A DNA stretch of 63,599 bases, counting the filler, from Saprolegnia diclina VS20 (taxonomy: Eukaryota): assembly GCF_000281045.1 (NCBI RefSeq). It is 3 parts of 2 records of this genome, joined end to end, with 100 filler letters (N's around TTAATTAATTAA, not from the genome) between each part and the next. Parts side by side here need not be neighbours in the genome. Positions count along the whole stretch, not along the records: positions 1 to 26,850 come from NW_008246089.1; positions 26,951 to 52,294 come from NW_008246089.1; 1 more part is not named here. One strand, 5' to 3'. The notes under the pieces are model-generated. The model had not been told where the DNA came from and ran no database searches. It saw only the letters and a list, made by a program, of their open reading frames with translations. Positions within the stretch are counted from its first letter, which is position 1. Each line of letters starts with the position of its first letter. Made by a program: the position numbers and the translations under genes. This document shows, piece after piece, positions 22,566 through 34,565 of this stretch.

Positions 22566-23375
22566 TCATTCGTCCGTCTTTTCGTTTTCGTCGTCCGACG
22601 CTGACGGCGGCGGCGTGCCCACGTTGGCGGCGTCCTTCACGTGGCGCGACCGCTGCTTGGACTCCTTCTCGTACGCAACGTCGTCGTCGTCCTTGTCCTT
22701 GTCCTTGTCGTCGACGTCGGCGTCGTCGGGGGCGGCATCGGCCGCCGCCTCTTCCTTGTGCATGCACTGAAGGTCTCGGATCGCGCGCATGAGGAGCGCA
22801 AAATCCTTGGCGCGCCGCTCGACGCGGTCCGAGACGCTCGTCAGCGCGTCCGTCGACTGCCGCAGCTGGTCTTCGAGGCCCTCGATGACCGCTTCGCTCG
22901 CGGCCTTGGACGGCAGCTTGTTGATGTCCCGCGCCTTGGCCTCGTACTCTTCCTTGTAGCTCCGGATGAGCTTTTCATCTGCAACGATGCCCTTGAGGCG
23001 GTCAATGTCCTGCGTCACGGCCAACACGCTCTGGTCAATCTCCGCATGCAGCGCGTTGTACGCCGAGAGCTCTTGGTCGCACGTGTGCATGAGCAGCTCG
23101 CACTTGACCGCGTCGGCCTCGACGAGCTCGAGGTCCCAAAGGAACTCGTCGAGGAGCTTCTTGGCGATGCTGGCGTCCGTGCGCGGCTTCTTGGCCGGCG
23201 TCCGCGTAAAGTGGCTGTAGTGCACGCCGAGGCTGCCCGTGACGCCGAGGAACTTGAGCATCGACTCGGCCGTGCGCTTCGTGCCATGCTTGCTGCCGAG
23301 GACGCTGGACCGCGTCAAGAGGCGCTGCCGGATCACTTCCTCTACGCGACCGTCATCAGGCTTCGACGAGTCCAT
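22566..23375 (-). CDS. THOC7: THO complex subunit 7 (Thoc7/Mft1 family)
   Basis: N-terminal EEVIRQRLL motif, helical coiled coil with KEEYEAKARDINKLPS, acidic tail. Confidence 0.75.
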   Translation of the reverse strand: MDSSKPDDGRVEEVIRQRLLTRSSVLGSKHGTKRTAESMLKFLGVTGSLGVHYSHFTRTPAKKPRTDASIAKKLLDEFLWDLELVEADAVKCELLMHTCDQELSAYNALHAEIDQSVLAVTQDIDRLKGIVADEKLIRSYKEEYEAKARDINKLPSKAASEAVIEGLEDQLRQSTDALTSVSDRVERRAKDFALLMRAIRDLQCMHKEEAAADAAPDDADVDDKDKDKDDDDVAYEKESKQRSRHVKDAANVGTPPPSASDDENEKTDE

Positions 23376-25825
23376 GGAGCCCTCGTACCCTCGTCCATCC
23401 TTGCGGTACGTTTTGTTGGGCAGGGCTGGTTTCGGACTTGTCCGAATTTCGTGCCCAATTCACAAAACTAGGACGATGCGCCGAAATCAAACTCAAGCTC
23501 AACTTGCGAATTCGGGCTGAATTGAGAATGGCAGTCGACACGATCCGACAACGCGCACCGCCAACAAGCTCATAAGCCGCCACGCCTACCACTGTCGATG
23601 GACGCCGCGCGACCGACGACGTACGTTGGTCAGAAGCTCTAACCAAGCCAGTGCGATGGGGAAACATCAACAATGTTTTTACCACTTCGACACCCTTCGC
23701 TTGTAAAACCATCTCAGCAAATTGCTTGTTTACAAGATTCTCGGGTCGAGCGCCGCAGTCCGAGTCCAAAATTGGCTGTTGACATTGGCCCAGGTCGCTG
23801 GTGATGCCGTGAGGCAACTGCGGCCGAATCGGCTGCTCGCCCGAGGTCTCGTCTTGTCGTGTGTATAGGGATCCAGGCAAAGGTAAATAGCACGCTCCAG
23901 CGCTTCGTTGCGATGAAGCTCCGATTGGTCGCTGCCATTGACAGCAAGGTGACGGCGGCCATGAGCGAGCTTCAAGACAAGGTGCTCGCCGCGATGCACC
24001 AGCAAGACGCCGCGATCAACGCCAGCGTCGACAAGCTGTGTTCGACGCTCCCAAACGAATTCCGCAGCTTGCACCAAGGCCAACTTTCGCTCGCCGAGCA
24101 TGTGACGACGGAGCGCGTCGCGATGGCCGCGACAATGCAAATGGGACGTGTGATGTATCTATCTACTTTTGCCACTAACGACCCACGTGATTCGTAGAAG
24201 GAGATCCAAGAACCGATTATTTCGGCGTCCGACGTCCGGCTCACAGAAGCAATGCTCGATGCTCGACGGCAAGCCGGCGCCCAAGGCGTTTCGGGGCGCG
24301 GTGTACGTGTACATCATGGACCGCTTTGTCAAGAAGCCGATTCTGTAGGACCCTCCGGAATCTACCCGTCTGCGCTGGCGGCGGGGTCGTGGGTCGACGC
24401 GTGGCGCGTGCGCGTCGGCAGCACGATGCAAAGGTGCCTTCCCATTGCGTCGTTTGCGATGGCTGCGACCATCACAGGACAGGACTCGTCAAGGAAGGCG
24501 TCGTGTCGGCCGCCTCGGCGGTTGTGATCTCGGTCGAGACCCTGTCTAGCTGGATCATGCCGGCGCCCTCTGCCCAAGACGCTCAAGATGGCCTCCGCAT
24601 AGCATCCTCGACATGCACGTCACCGAGTCGCACTGAGTACGCTTCGGGTCGCACATGTTGAGGATGTAGGCAATTCGAGGGCCATCTCGAGCATCTTGGG
24701 AAGGGCGCCAGCGTTATCCAGCTGGACATGGTCTCGACCGAGTCCCGTGAAGGTCACCGCCGTCGCAAGGCGCTCATGACGGCCACCGTCCGCAACTACG
24801 TCCACCTCGCGCACATTAACTTCCGATAATCGCGGTATATGTATGTTTATGATGAGTCTTCGTGTTGCATATGGCACCTCGCACAACTTGGGCAGGCGAG
24901 TCGTATGAGTGCAGCAATTTCAGAGGTACATGCAGAAAGCATCACTGCATCGCACACCACAACGATCGTCCCTTTGTCCGCGTAGCAGTACGTATGGGAT
25001 GGCAGACTACAGTTTGTATTCTGGGAGCTGCACGGGCTCATGAGCTGCAATCTCAGTGCTGAATCAAGAAATTTTGGTTGCAAAAGCAGCTTACTAATAT
25101 ATCTATGGACATCGACAGCCTCTTGCACACCATTCCACCGCGCCTGACGCGGAAAAGCGCCACCGCAGCGTGGCGGCGCCGTGGTCATCATCAAAGGGTA
25201 CGCTTCCTCTTGGTCGGTGTGCGCACCAGTGTGCTGACGCTAACGTTTGATCGATCTGTGACGCGGCTCTTCTCGTGCTTGGGCACGTATCGGCGCGCTT
25301 GGACTGGTGCCGGTGCTAGAGCGATGGGCATACATTGTACATCGCTGAGACACAACTTGGTGCTGGGCAACGTGCAGCAGTACGAGCTGTCATTGTTGCT
25401 TTACATGCACAAGTTGATGCGACAGAATGTACGAATTCCTTGTTCCATGGCTCTCACGTGCCACAAGCGTCGTAGGGCGACGACAGAAGAGCCAGACGAG
25501 CCCCCGCGCCGCCGCCTGCGCAGCCACGGACCGGCGAGCGAATGAAGAAGAAGGAGATTGCTAGTCTATCGTATGCGAAGTCTTTGTGTAACTATGAAGA
25601 TAACGCGAAACACGTTCATATATATATGGCTCTCACGTGGTGTGACTGAACGGTTGACCACATGGCGGCTCCGTTTGCCACTCGTGCCATACGTGGACAC
25701 GGGAAAGGATGCGAAAGTGGTAAACGCATTGTTGATGTTTCTCCATCGCACTGGCTTGGATGCCCCTCCCAACGGTGTTTTTTGTTGCTCTCCAGTACAA
25801 GCCAACGTATCGATGTCCCATCTCT

Positions 25826-26300
25826 GAACGACGAGTTGTATCACGACACCACGTCGAGTTTTACTACTGCTCCGTCTGCGCTGTGTCGGTGTGCGTCAAG
25901 TGCGAGATAGTCGGTGACCATTCGTGCGGCGAGAAGGGGCTCCAACGCCTCATCAGTATCCCGGACGCGTACGAGCAGAGCTTGAAAGACCGTCGTACGA
26001 AGGCGTCAAGCCCGACCTTCAGCTCGTAGGCCGCCTCACGTCGACGCGCTCGACGTCGGCCTCGTCTTGTCACCGAGAGGCAAAACGTCATTGAAGATGG
26101 CCGGAAAGATCGCCAATGCGCATCCTCCATCGTGACGTGGCGCCACCAAAAGCCGGACATCCTGCGTGGCATCTCGGTGAACCAGCGAAAGGTCTCAAAT
26201 CCGCACGTCGTGTCGGCGCGCCATGAGATTTGGACGACCAAGTTGCGCCAGGAAATGGCCCAGCCGCATCTGCCACCGCCACCGACTAGTACGTGAGGTC
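25826..26300 (+). pseudogene. Degenerate fragment of a B-box zinc-finger gene
   Basis: HHVEFYYCSVCAVSVCVKCEIVGDHSCGE..LISIPDAYE fits a B-box pattern; there is no intact upstream frame. Confidence 0.45.
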
Positions 26301-26850
26301 GTACGTCACAGTTGTCATTCCAGAGCGAGATGAGCCGGAGCGACAGGTCCCAACTGGATGCCAACTTGTTGTGCTGTACTCCGAGATAGCGAGCGAGCAA
26401 GCAAGCGAACTTCAACACGATCCAACGAGATGTACGACAATAGGAGGCGGCTAGTCCTCAATAAGTCAAGCGTGTTGGATACAAAGCGAGTGCTGAAGTG
26501 AGCCCCTATGACTCAGTCTACTGACGACGGGCAGGGAATGGCTGCAGACCACTTCCTTACAAAGCCCATACTACTAGATCCAGAACATTCCGCCGTGGGG
26601 TCGGCTATGGAACTTTTAGCATGTAGATTCAAAAAGGATCTTCAACGACATGATCTACCTCTAGGCTTAGGATACAGCCGCCTAGGTTCCCTGAACCTGA
26701 GCTATACGAGTGGGCTTTTCATGCAGTCCGCAAGTTCAGCAAGCCGGTTCAACATGCACGCGAGCAGGATCTTTTCCGAGTATGCAGTGTGTGTAGAGGT
26801 CACGGATATCGTTGCGAACTCTACGTACGCACTGGATGGTAGTATCTCTC

Positions 26851-26950
26851 NNNNNNNNNNNNNNNNNNNNNNNNNNNNNNNNNNNNNNNNNNNNTTAATT
26901 AATTAANNNNNNNNNNNNNNNNNNNNNNNNNNNNNNNNNNNNNNNNNNNN
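26851..26950. other. Assembly gap with synthetic TTAATTAATTAA linker
   Basis: 44 N + TTAATTAATTAA (stops in all six frames) + 44 N = 100 bp; an identical construct occurs at 52295-52394. Confidence 0.95.
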
Positions 26951-28034
26951 CGTACTTGAGAAGCGGCGGCATGGGCCGGTAGTCGTCGGGCATACCCGGT
27001 GCAATCTGAACCGACGACGAGATCGCCGTGCCGCCGCCTTCGAGGGGGCGTCGACGTTGGACGAGTTTTCGTACTTCAGAAGCGGCGTTGTCAGTCGATA
27101 GTCGTCCGGCATGCCCGGTGCAATTTGAACCGACGACGAAATCGCCGTGCCGCCGCCTTCGAGGATGTCGATCTCGGGGGACCCGCGGCCTTGGTATGGG
27201 TTGAGGCCGTAGCCAGGGTTGTCATCGCACGCTGAGATGCGCTGGTTCTTGCGCGACAGCTCCGTGCACTCGTTGTACGTCCACGGCCACATGCGGTTGG
27301 TCGAGGCTGCGAAAAGCGCGCGGCCGAGGTTGCCCATGAGCCAGAGACCCGGCCACGTCGGGTAGAAACGAATGTCGGGGATCGGGTCGAGCGTCGTGAC
27401 CGGCTTCATGCCTTGCTGCGTCCACTTTTGGCCCGTCACGTGGGGGTTCTGCGAGCCCTTGTTGGTGGCGCCGGGCAGCTTCATCGCAATCTCGATAAAG
27501 CCGCCTTGGATGCAAAATTTGTTCCACTGTCGTAGTAGCAAAAGACGTGCCCGACACCATGCCGCCCTAGCCTCGTGTGAGTCGACTGCGTTTCAACGTT
27601 TCTTGACCTATACCTTGGGCGTCGACGTTGGACGAGTTTTCGTATTTCAGAAGCGGCGTTGTCAGTCGATAGTCGTCCGGCATGCCCGGTGCAATCTGCA
27701 CGGACGACGAAATCGCCGTGCCGCCGCCTTCGAGGATGTCGATCTCGGGGGACCCGCGGCCTTGGTTCGGGTTGAGGCCGTAGCCAGGGTTGTCATTGCA
27801 CGCTGAGATGCGCTGGTTTTTGCGTGAGAGCTCCGTGCACTCGTTGTACGTCCAGGGCCACATGCGGTTGGTCGAGGCCGCGAAAAGCGCGCGGCCGAGG
27901 TTGCCCATGAGCCAAAGCCCCGGCCACGTCGGGTAGAAGCGAATGTCGGGGATCGGGTCGAGCGTCGTGACCGGCTTCATGCCTTGCTGCGTCCACTTTT
28001 GGCCCGTCACGTGTGGGTTCTGCGAGCCCTTGTT
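26951..28034 (-). pseudogene. Tandem partial copies of a KRE6/SKN1 (GH16-like) gene
   Basis: Near-identical repeats of FYPTWPGLWLMGNLGRA...GRGSPEIDILEGG with abrupt junctions; gaps on both sides. Confidence 0.75.
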
Positions 28035-29301
28035 NNNNNNNNNNNNNNNNNNNNNNNNNNNNNNNNNNNNNNNNNNNNNNNNNNNNNNNNNNNNNNNNNN
28101 NNNNNNNNNNNNNNNNNNNNNNNNNNNNNNNNNNNNNNNNNNNNNNNNNNNNNNNNNNNNNNNNNNNNNNNNNNNNNNNNNNNNNNNNNNNNNNNNNNNN
28201 NNNNNNNNNNNNNNNNNNNNNNNNNNNNNNNNNNNNNNNNNNNNNNNNNNNNNNNNNNNNNNNNCGTCGCAGGATATTATATCAGCAGCCTTGGCCGACG
28301 TGAGTAACGGAACAAGGGAACAATAGATCCAAGCAGCGTTCCTCGGGGGTCGTCGGCGCGTGGACTGCACCTTTGTACGAAGATGTGCGACAGTGCATTT
28401 TGCGAGTGTACTCGAGTCTAATCTGTTTCGGGCTTTTTATGGTGGACCCTTGGTCCGCTGGTGGCGATGTCGCGCAGGGGCGTTCGACCCCGGTGGCCAC
28501 ATCGAATCCATCGGCTGCTGCCTTGTCGACGCTACGCAGAACCGAGCGTGCACCAAGCATACGTGAATATGTATCTGCATGGAGAACCTCGCCCCGTTTG
28601 GCGCTGGTGGTAGACGTGTGGTGGCTTCCGCAGTGCAACGCAAACAACGCAGCGAGGGGAGAGCCATCTCCCAGGAAGCAGGCAGTTGTATTGCATTACG
28701 CCACGAAGGCAGATTGGGAACTGAGACTAATGGAGGCCAGCGTTGTGGATAGAACGATAGGCTGTGCCGGATGAGACCTTCGTCAAGAGGCTCTATGATG
28801 GGTCACTACCGTATAGGGTCGCTACCGGACATCATCCGTATATGGCACCTAAGCACTATCCTCTCTACACCATGCACACAAGCTACCAAGACTCTAGGCT
28901 ACTCGCTTCCTGGAGTCATAACTCTCCAGCGATACACGCTTGCATCGGCCTGGCATGGCTTGACCGAACCAGTCACAACAGACGATAGTGATCACCGGAG
29001 CCCGCGCGCTATTGAGAAGTCATGCTCGAAGCGAGGTGCAAACTCGGTGGCGTCACTGGCAAGCTGATGAGAATCTATGTAATCGATCGAGTGTTCGTAA
29101 AAAGAAACAAAGAAAAATGGACCTAATTGTCTACAAACATGGACACAAACTTCGGATCGTGAAAATCTGTCGTTACTGTGCTACTAACTAACGTTGTGCT
29201 TGGTTCCATGGGCAACAGGGTCAGACGCTTTGACGCTCCACATCACATGAGACAGAATCCCATGAGAGGCAAGATCGACAAGTGGACATGAGAAGCTTGT
29301 A

Positions 29302-31777
29302 TTAGATATCGGTGTGGTAACTTCGAGAAGACTCTTCGCACGGTGTCCTGACAAAAATGGCCAGTCGCTTTTTCAACTGCGTGTTACCGCGTCGCTTGCG
29401 GCGAATGATGAGTGTACCCACGGAGGCCACAACGGCGAACGCCACGAGGGCCACTGCAAGCACTATGGACGGGCCATACGACGACGACCCGTCGATGCTG
29501 TACTTGGTGCACCGGGGTCCGGTCCACGCCGTCACGCACGAGCAGCGCCGGTTGACGCAGCTGCCTGTCGAGCTTGTAACGACCGTGCAGTCGTCATCAC
29601 TCTTGCACATGGCGCCACCGGCGACCGCAATGTCGGGATTGAGCGGGTCCGTGTAGTTGGCGATGTGCGCTTTGATAAACTCTTTGGTGGGATGCGTCGG
29701 GGGATCACAGCCGTAGCTCATCGTGGTTGTGTCTTGCCTGCACATCGCGGATGATAAGCTCCACATCGATAGGTGGAGGCGTGTACCAGACGCGGATGTA
29801 GTCGATGTACATGTACATCGGGAACGAGTCACAAACGTTGCTGGAGATCTTTGCGTCGTCCGAACCCGGTGTCGGCATCGTCGCATTGCCGCGGCACGGA
29901 CCAACCTGCCAGTTGGGCGGTGTCGCACCTAATCCATCAACGATCTGTCAGGTATTTGCTCAGCTACATGGAAATTCCGTACCCCACGCCGACGACATGG
30001 CCACGTTGAAGATAAAGTAGCTCGGCTCTTCGATCATGATCTTCTTGGGGTTGTACGACGCCCCACTGTCCGTGCCTTGCGGCGGGTCGGTCATCGTCGA
30101 CGCCGGGATCTCGAAAATCGGAGCGCCGTCGAGCGTCCAGCGCACATACCCGTCGTTGCCCATAACCCTAATCACCAAGATGAGTCACATTGCACTTTGC
30201 AGTTTGGACTGTCGCGTCGTACCACTCGAGCTGGTACTTGTAGAAGGTCGTGTACGCTTCGTAGCTCACGTCCCAATTGGCCGAAATCGCGTCCATTTGG
30301 TACTCGAACGGCTCCATCATCTTGGTCAGGGCTTGTGCGTTTGTGCGTGGCTGCTCGCACTTCGGGTTTTGACTGTCGCGGTCGCAGAGGAACCCGCCCA
30401 TATACCCATTTGCGATCGGGAAGCACGTGCCGTTGTAGTTGATACCCCAGTGGTACTGGCCTTTTCCGTCAATAAGGCTGAGGTCGGCGTGACGGTCACG
30501 GCCGGAGCTGATCGTCTTGATGTCGAATTGGTTGTCGACAAGGACTGCATTTTGGGCCGCGGCCACCGACGCGTACTGCTGGACTTTGGTCGAATCGGGC
30601 GTACACCGGTTGTTGGCCGCATATCGAAGGCCTTGGTACCACGACTTGTGGCCGCGGGACGCGAATGCCGACGTCGGGACGTCCGCCATGTTGGCGCCAA
30701 GCGTCAAGCACTGCTTTTCGTAAAAGCAAAAGAGATGACCGACACCGTGTCGTCCTACACAGGAGCTCGATGTCAGCTTATGTGCATGACGAGGACGTCG
30801 CACCTTGTGCATCCACGTTGGACGTGTTCTCGTACTTGAGAAGAGGCGGCATAGGCCGGTAGTCGTCCGGCATACCCGGTGCAATCTGAACCGACGACGA
30901 GATCGCCGTGCCGCCGCCTTCGAGGATGTCAATCTCGGGCGCGCCGCGACCTTGGCCGGGGTTGAGGCCAAAGCCCGGGCTCTTGTTGCACGCCGAGATG
31001 CGCTGGTTCTTGCGCGACAGCTCCGTGCACTCGTTGTACGTCCACGGCCACATCTTGTTGGTCGAGGCCGAAAAAAGCGCGCGCCCGAGGTTGCCCATCA
31101 TCCACAGACCTGGCCACGTCGGGTAGAAGCGGACGTCTGGGATCGGGTCGAGCGTCTTGACTGGCTTCGTGCCTTGTGATGTCGTCCGCTGGCCTGTAAC
31201 GTGCGGGTTCATGGACCCTTTGTTCAAAGCGCCTGGCAGCTTGGCGGCGACTTCGACAAAGCCGCCTTGGATGCAAAATTTATTCCACGTCTGCATCATC
31301 GCCGCCGCGTAGTACTAGAGGTATCGGAAGGTGAATGCATATCGCACGGGTGACGAGGCCACGTACCATCTTCTTGCCGGTCCAGCCCGGCACGTTGGCC
31401 CACACGTTGTAGTACGAGATATCAATCTCCTTCGAGTCGACGCGAATCGAACAGAGACCGTCCTTGGTGTTGGCGTTCTCGGGCTTGTACACCTCGATCG
31501 CGCGGTTGACGCCGTCCGGAATGTCGAGCGCCATCCAGAGATGGTCGTGGCCGGCGCTAAAGTTGCGACCCGCGAGCTCAAACTCGTCGCTCATGACGAG
31601 GGCCCACGTGTCGCCGCGGGAGGTCACCTTGGTGTAGACCTCCTTGGGCGTGTCGACNNNNNNNNNNNNNNNNNNNNNNNNNNNNNNNNNNNNNNNNNNN
31701 NNNNNNNNNNNNNNNNNNNNNNNNNNNNNNNNNNNNNNNNNNNNNNNNNNNNNNNNNNNNNNNNNNNNNNNNCCCAT
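29302..31777 (-). CDS. Beta-glucan synthesis-associated protein, KRE6/SKN1 family (GH16-like), multi-exon, with C-terminal EGF-like and transmembrane segments
   Basis: WALVMSDEF, WNKFCIQGG, WPGLWMMGNLGRA, GRGAPEIDILE, MIEEPSYFIFNVAMSSAWG, GCDPPTHPTKEFI, CSCVTAWTGPRC and a TM helix; the 5' end is interrupted by a gap (31658-31772). Confidence 0.9.
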
Positions 31778-31929
31778 GCTGCCGATCGAGTGCATTGGGA
31801 AATGACAACAGCGAGGATGTGAACGTGCGAGTACCGGTACCCTTTGCTGACATTAAAGGGATGTCGAAATGGATGATGTATTGCCAGGCGCGTACTTGAA
31901 GCGCACGTCTCACAAGATGCTCTGGGAAG

Positions 31930-32300
31930 TATATAGCGATTTGTATGCACCTGCGCTTGTTCTGGCCCGATAGCATATATCACTGCTTGGCCAGCGCACG
32001 TTGCACCATTGAGCTTCAGAGTGTTGCGCAAGACAAACAACTTGTCGAGCATCTGTATCCACAGCGACTATCTTGTTCGCAGCGAGAATGAATACCTTTC
32101 GTCCAACCCTGTTCCTCCATCTGGATTTGCTGTCGGCCGGTATACAACGATGCGGTCGTGGACGAGCTGTGGTAGGATCGCCAGTCGCACTAACGTTACT
32201 GGCCATCGCGCCAGTGTGCACTGTGATAGCAGCGCTGCCACGCGTCGCTGCACTCAAACTACAATTCGTGAAAGAACGGAGCTGGGAAAAGTGCGTTGAA
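31930..32300 (+). mobile_element. Possible decayed Ty1/copia RT-RNase H relic
   Basis: Frameshifted remnants in the expected order: PD..AYI..LGQ (cf. RPDIAYAV..LSQ), YNDA/SWTSC..DRQS (cf. YSDADWA..DRKS), LKLQFVKER..LGKV (cf. HIDIRYHFVRE..G.I). Confidence 0.35.
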
Positions 32301-32880
32301 ACAGTCGCTAAAAGCCGTCTTACCCAGTTTATGTGAAACATGTAGGACGAATCCACTCAATGGTGTTGATGCCCCAGCAAAACGTACCGGTAATGCTGTG
32401 CACATACACGACAAAGCCAAGGATGTGCAGCCAAGAATACGCCATCGAATCGACCGTTCGTGCCAACTCTGTCGAGAGACCAAGACCAAAGACCAAGACA
32501 GCGAAGTGAGAAACCGACAAATTCGAATAATGTCAACTAGCATTGAAATATCGCATCATTATATACCCATGTGACACACCTACGTGGTGACGCGGATAAG
32601 AGCTGAGTTTACTACGTACCAATCACATGCGACTCGTGGGATCCGCGGCTCACAAACTGTGTCAACGCCTTCTCTGCGGCGAGAGTGAAATCGGCCAGTG
32701 AAATCGGCCAGTGATAGTATCAGCGCAAACAATCTATTCCTCAGCGAGTGGAGTCCATGAGGAGCCAGGGCTGGGACGGAGCTCCCTTGTAACGATAGGC
32801 GCTGACACGACTCGCACGCCATCCAGCGTGTGACAGCAAATAAATTGAACGGCCAAACGACGAGTCGATACCTTGATTAT

Positions 32881-34270
32881 TTACGGATAAAACTCGCGCC
32901 GGAGCTTGTACATGGTCATGCTAAAGCAGAGGACGCCGACGCAGATGCCGGTGCCGAGCATGAGCAGCGGCCCGAGGTTGCGCCACGACAGCAGCGGGCG
33001 GTCGTCCAGCTGCAGCATGTAGAAGAGCGACGGCATGATAAAGATGATGAGCGAGCCCGCGACCGAGCCCACGATACTCAGCGGAATTTTGACGCTCGGA
33101 ACAAACAAGGCGGCGCTGAGAATGAGCACGATCAGCAACAGCGTCGTCGTGCGGTACACCGTCGTGGACGCGACCGAGCTCGGGAGCTGCTTGCCGTGGG
33201 TCACTCGGAGCACAACCGAGAGCACGCAGGACCGGAACGGCCACATGGCGATCGGCGCGCAAAAGAGCAGCGCGACGCCCATGCAGAGCCGAGCGAGCCA
33301 CAGCGGTGTCTCTAAACCCGGGTAGACGGCGAGGAACGCTGGTGAAAAGTTGAGCAGCACATTGTCCATGGTCTTGTCGCCAAAGGTAAAGACGCCGCAG
33401 AAGCCAATGACGGTGTAGAGCAGAAACGAGAGCGAAATGGCACCGACGACGGCGCGGTTCATGCGGGCAAGGCTGCGGTCGCGGAGCTCTTCGTACACGG
33501 GCAGCGCCGTGTTGTGGCACGCAAAGGCCTGGATGAGCAGCGTCACCGTGTAGACGGACGTCGAAGTAATGTTCACCTAGTCGATAACATGAGACATCCA
33601 TACGACTGAGCAAGAAGAGAAATACCGCGGGAACAGCCACGGGCGTAAACGTCGCCGACGACGACACGACGAGGTAGACAGCAAAGAAGAGGCACACCAC
33701 GTACGTGACGGCGCACGTGGCCAGGATGCTCGAGATGCGCAGCTTCCCAAGGCGGCGGCTGAGAGAGAGCGGCAAAATGATGCCAAACGTAAAGAGCAGC
33801 GTGACATAGCTCCGGTTTGCATGGGCAATACCAAAGATCGCGCAGAGGAGGTCCGTGATGAAGATAAAGTACGACGTGAGCGTGCCAAAGCCGCCAAAGA
33901 TAAAGGTAAACTCTGCGAGGTACGTGCCGTACTTGCCCATGGTGTGGTGCCCGAGGCTTTCGTATGTCTTGGCGGCCGAGTCGCCGGCGAGGTCGCTCGC
34001 ACGCATGAGGAGCGACACCGAGTAGCGCGTAATGAGCGCGATCCCAACCATCACGATCAGGCCCGCGAGCCACCCGCTCGACGCGATCGCAAACGGCACC
34101 GCGAGCGTGCCCGAGCCGAGGATCGTGTTGGTGAGCGTAAAGACCGACCCGAGGACCGTGCCCGTGCCCTTGTAGTCCTTGATCGCAAGCGGCGACGGCG
34201 GCGCTGTCGCAAAGAGCGGCAGCGACTCGGGGCTGATCTGGTGCGTCGGCGACATGACGTACTCGCCCAT
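32881..34270 (-). CDS. Amino acid transporter, Aa_trans/SLC38-like family (2 exons)
   Basis: SVFTLTNTILGSGTLAVPFA, AFACHNTALPVYEEL, multiple TM helices; GT-AG intron at about 33577-33624. Confidence 0.9.
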
Positions 34271-34384
34271 GGACACGGGGTCGTGCGCCGTCGATTGCCT
34301 AGGCCGGGCGTCATGATACCAGTGTACGGCTACGACGATGGGCAACGTACGTGGTCGCGAGCTGTGCGGGCGCCATGAAGAAAG

Positions 34385-34565
34385 GTCGATTGGCTGCTCC
34401 AAGGATCCTGCCAAGGATATCACCCATTGCGGCTCGCAGCGGATTGGTTGACCATGGCCAATCAGAACGCTGGATTCGATGGAATCATCAATTGCACTGC
34501 GATTGGTGCATCGAAATACCATGCAGCCAATCACATGCAAGTTGCCGTTTCGTAGCCAATCAAAT
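34385..34565. promoter_or_regulatory. Cluster of about six CCAAT/ATTGG boxes upstream of the amino-acid transporter
   Basis: GATTGG at ~34388, ~34442, ~34501 and CCAATC at ~34457, ~34527, ~34556. Confidence 0.55.

Noticed and set aside
24930..24970. HCIAH as a hAT transposase motif
   Set aside because: An isolated pentapeptide with no other transposase motifs.
26895..26906. TTAATTAATTAA palindrome (repeated at 52339-52350)
   Set aside because: Synthetic six-frame-stop linker centred in 100-bp N gaps. It is not biological, and adjacency across these gaps is uncertain.
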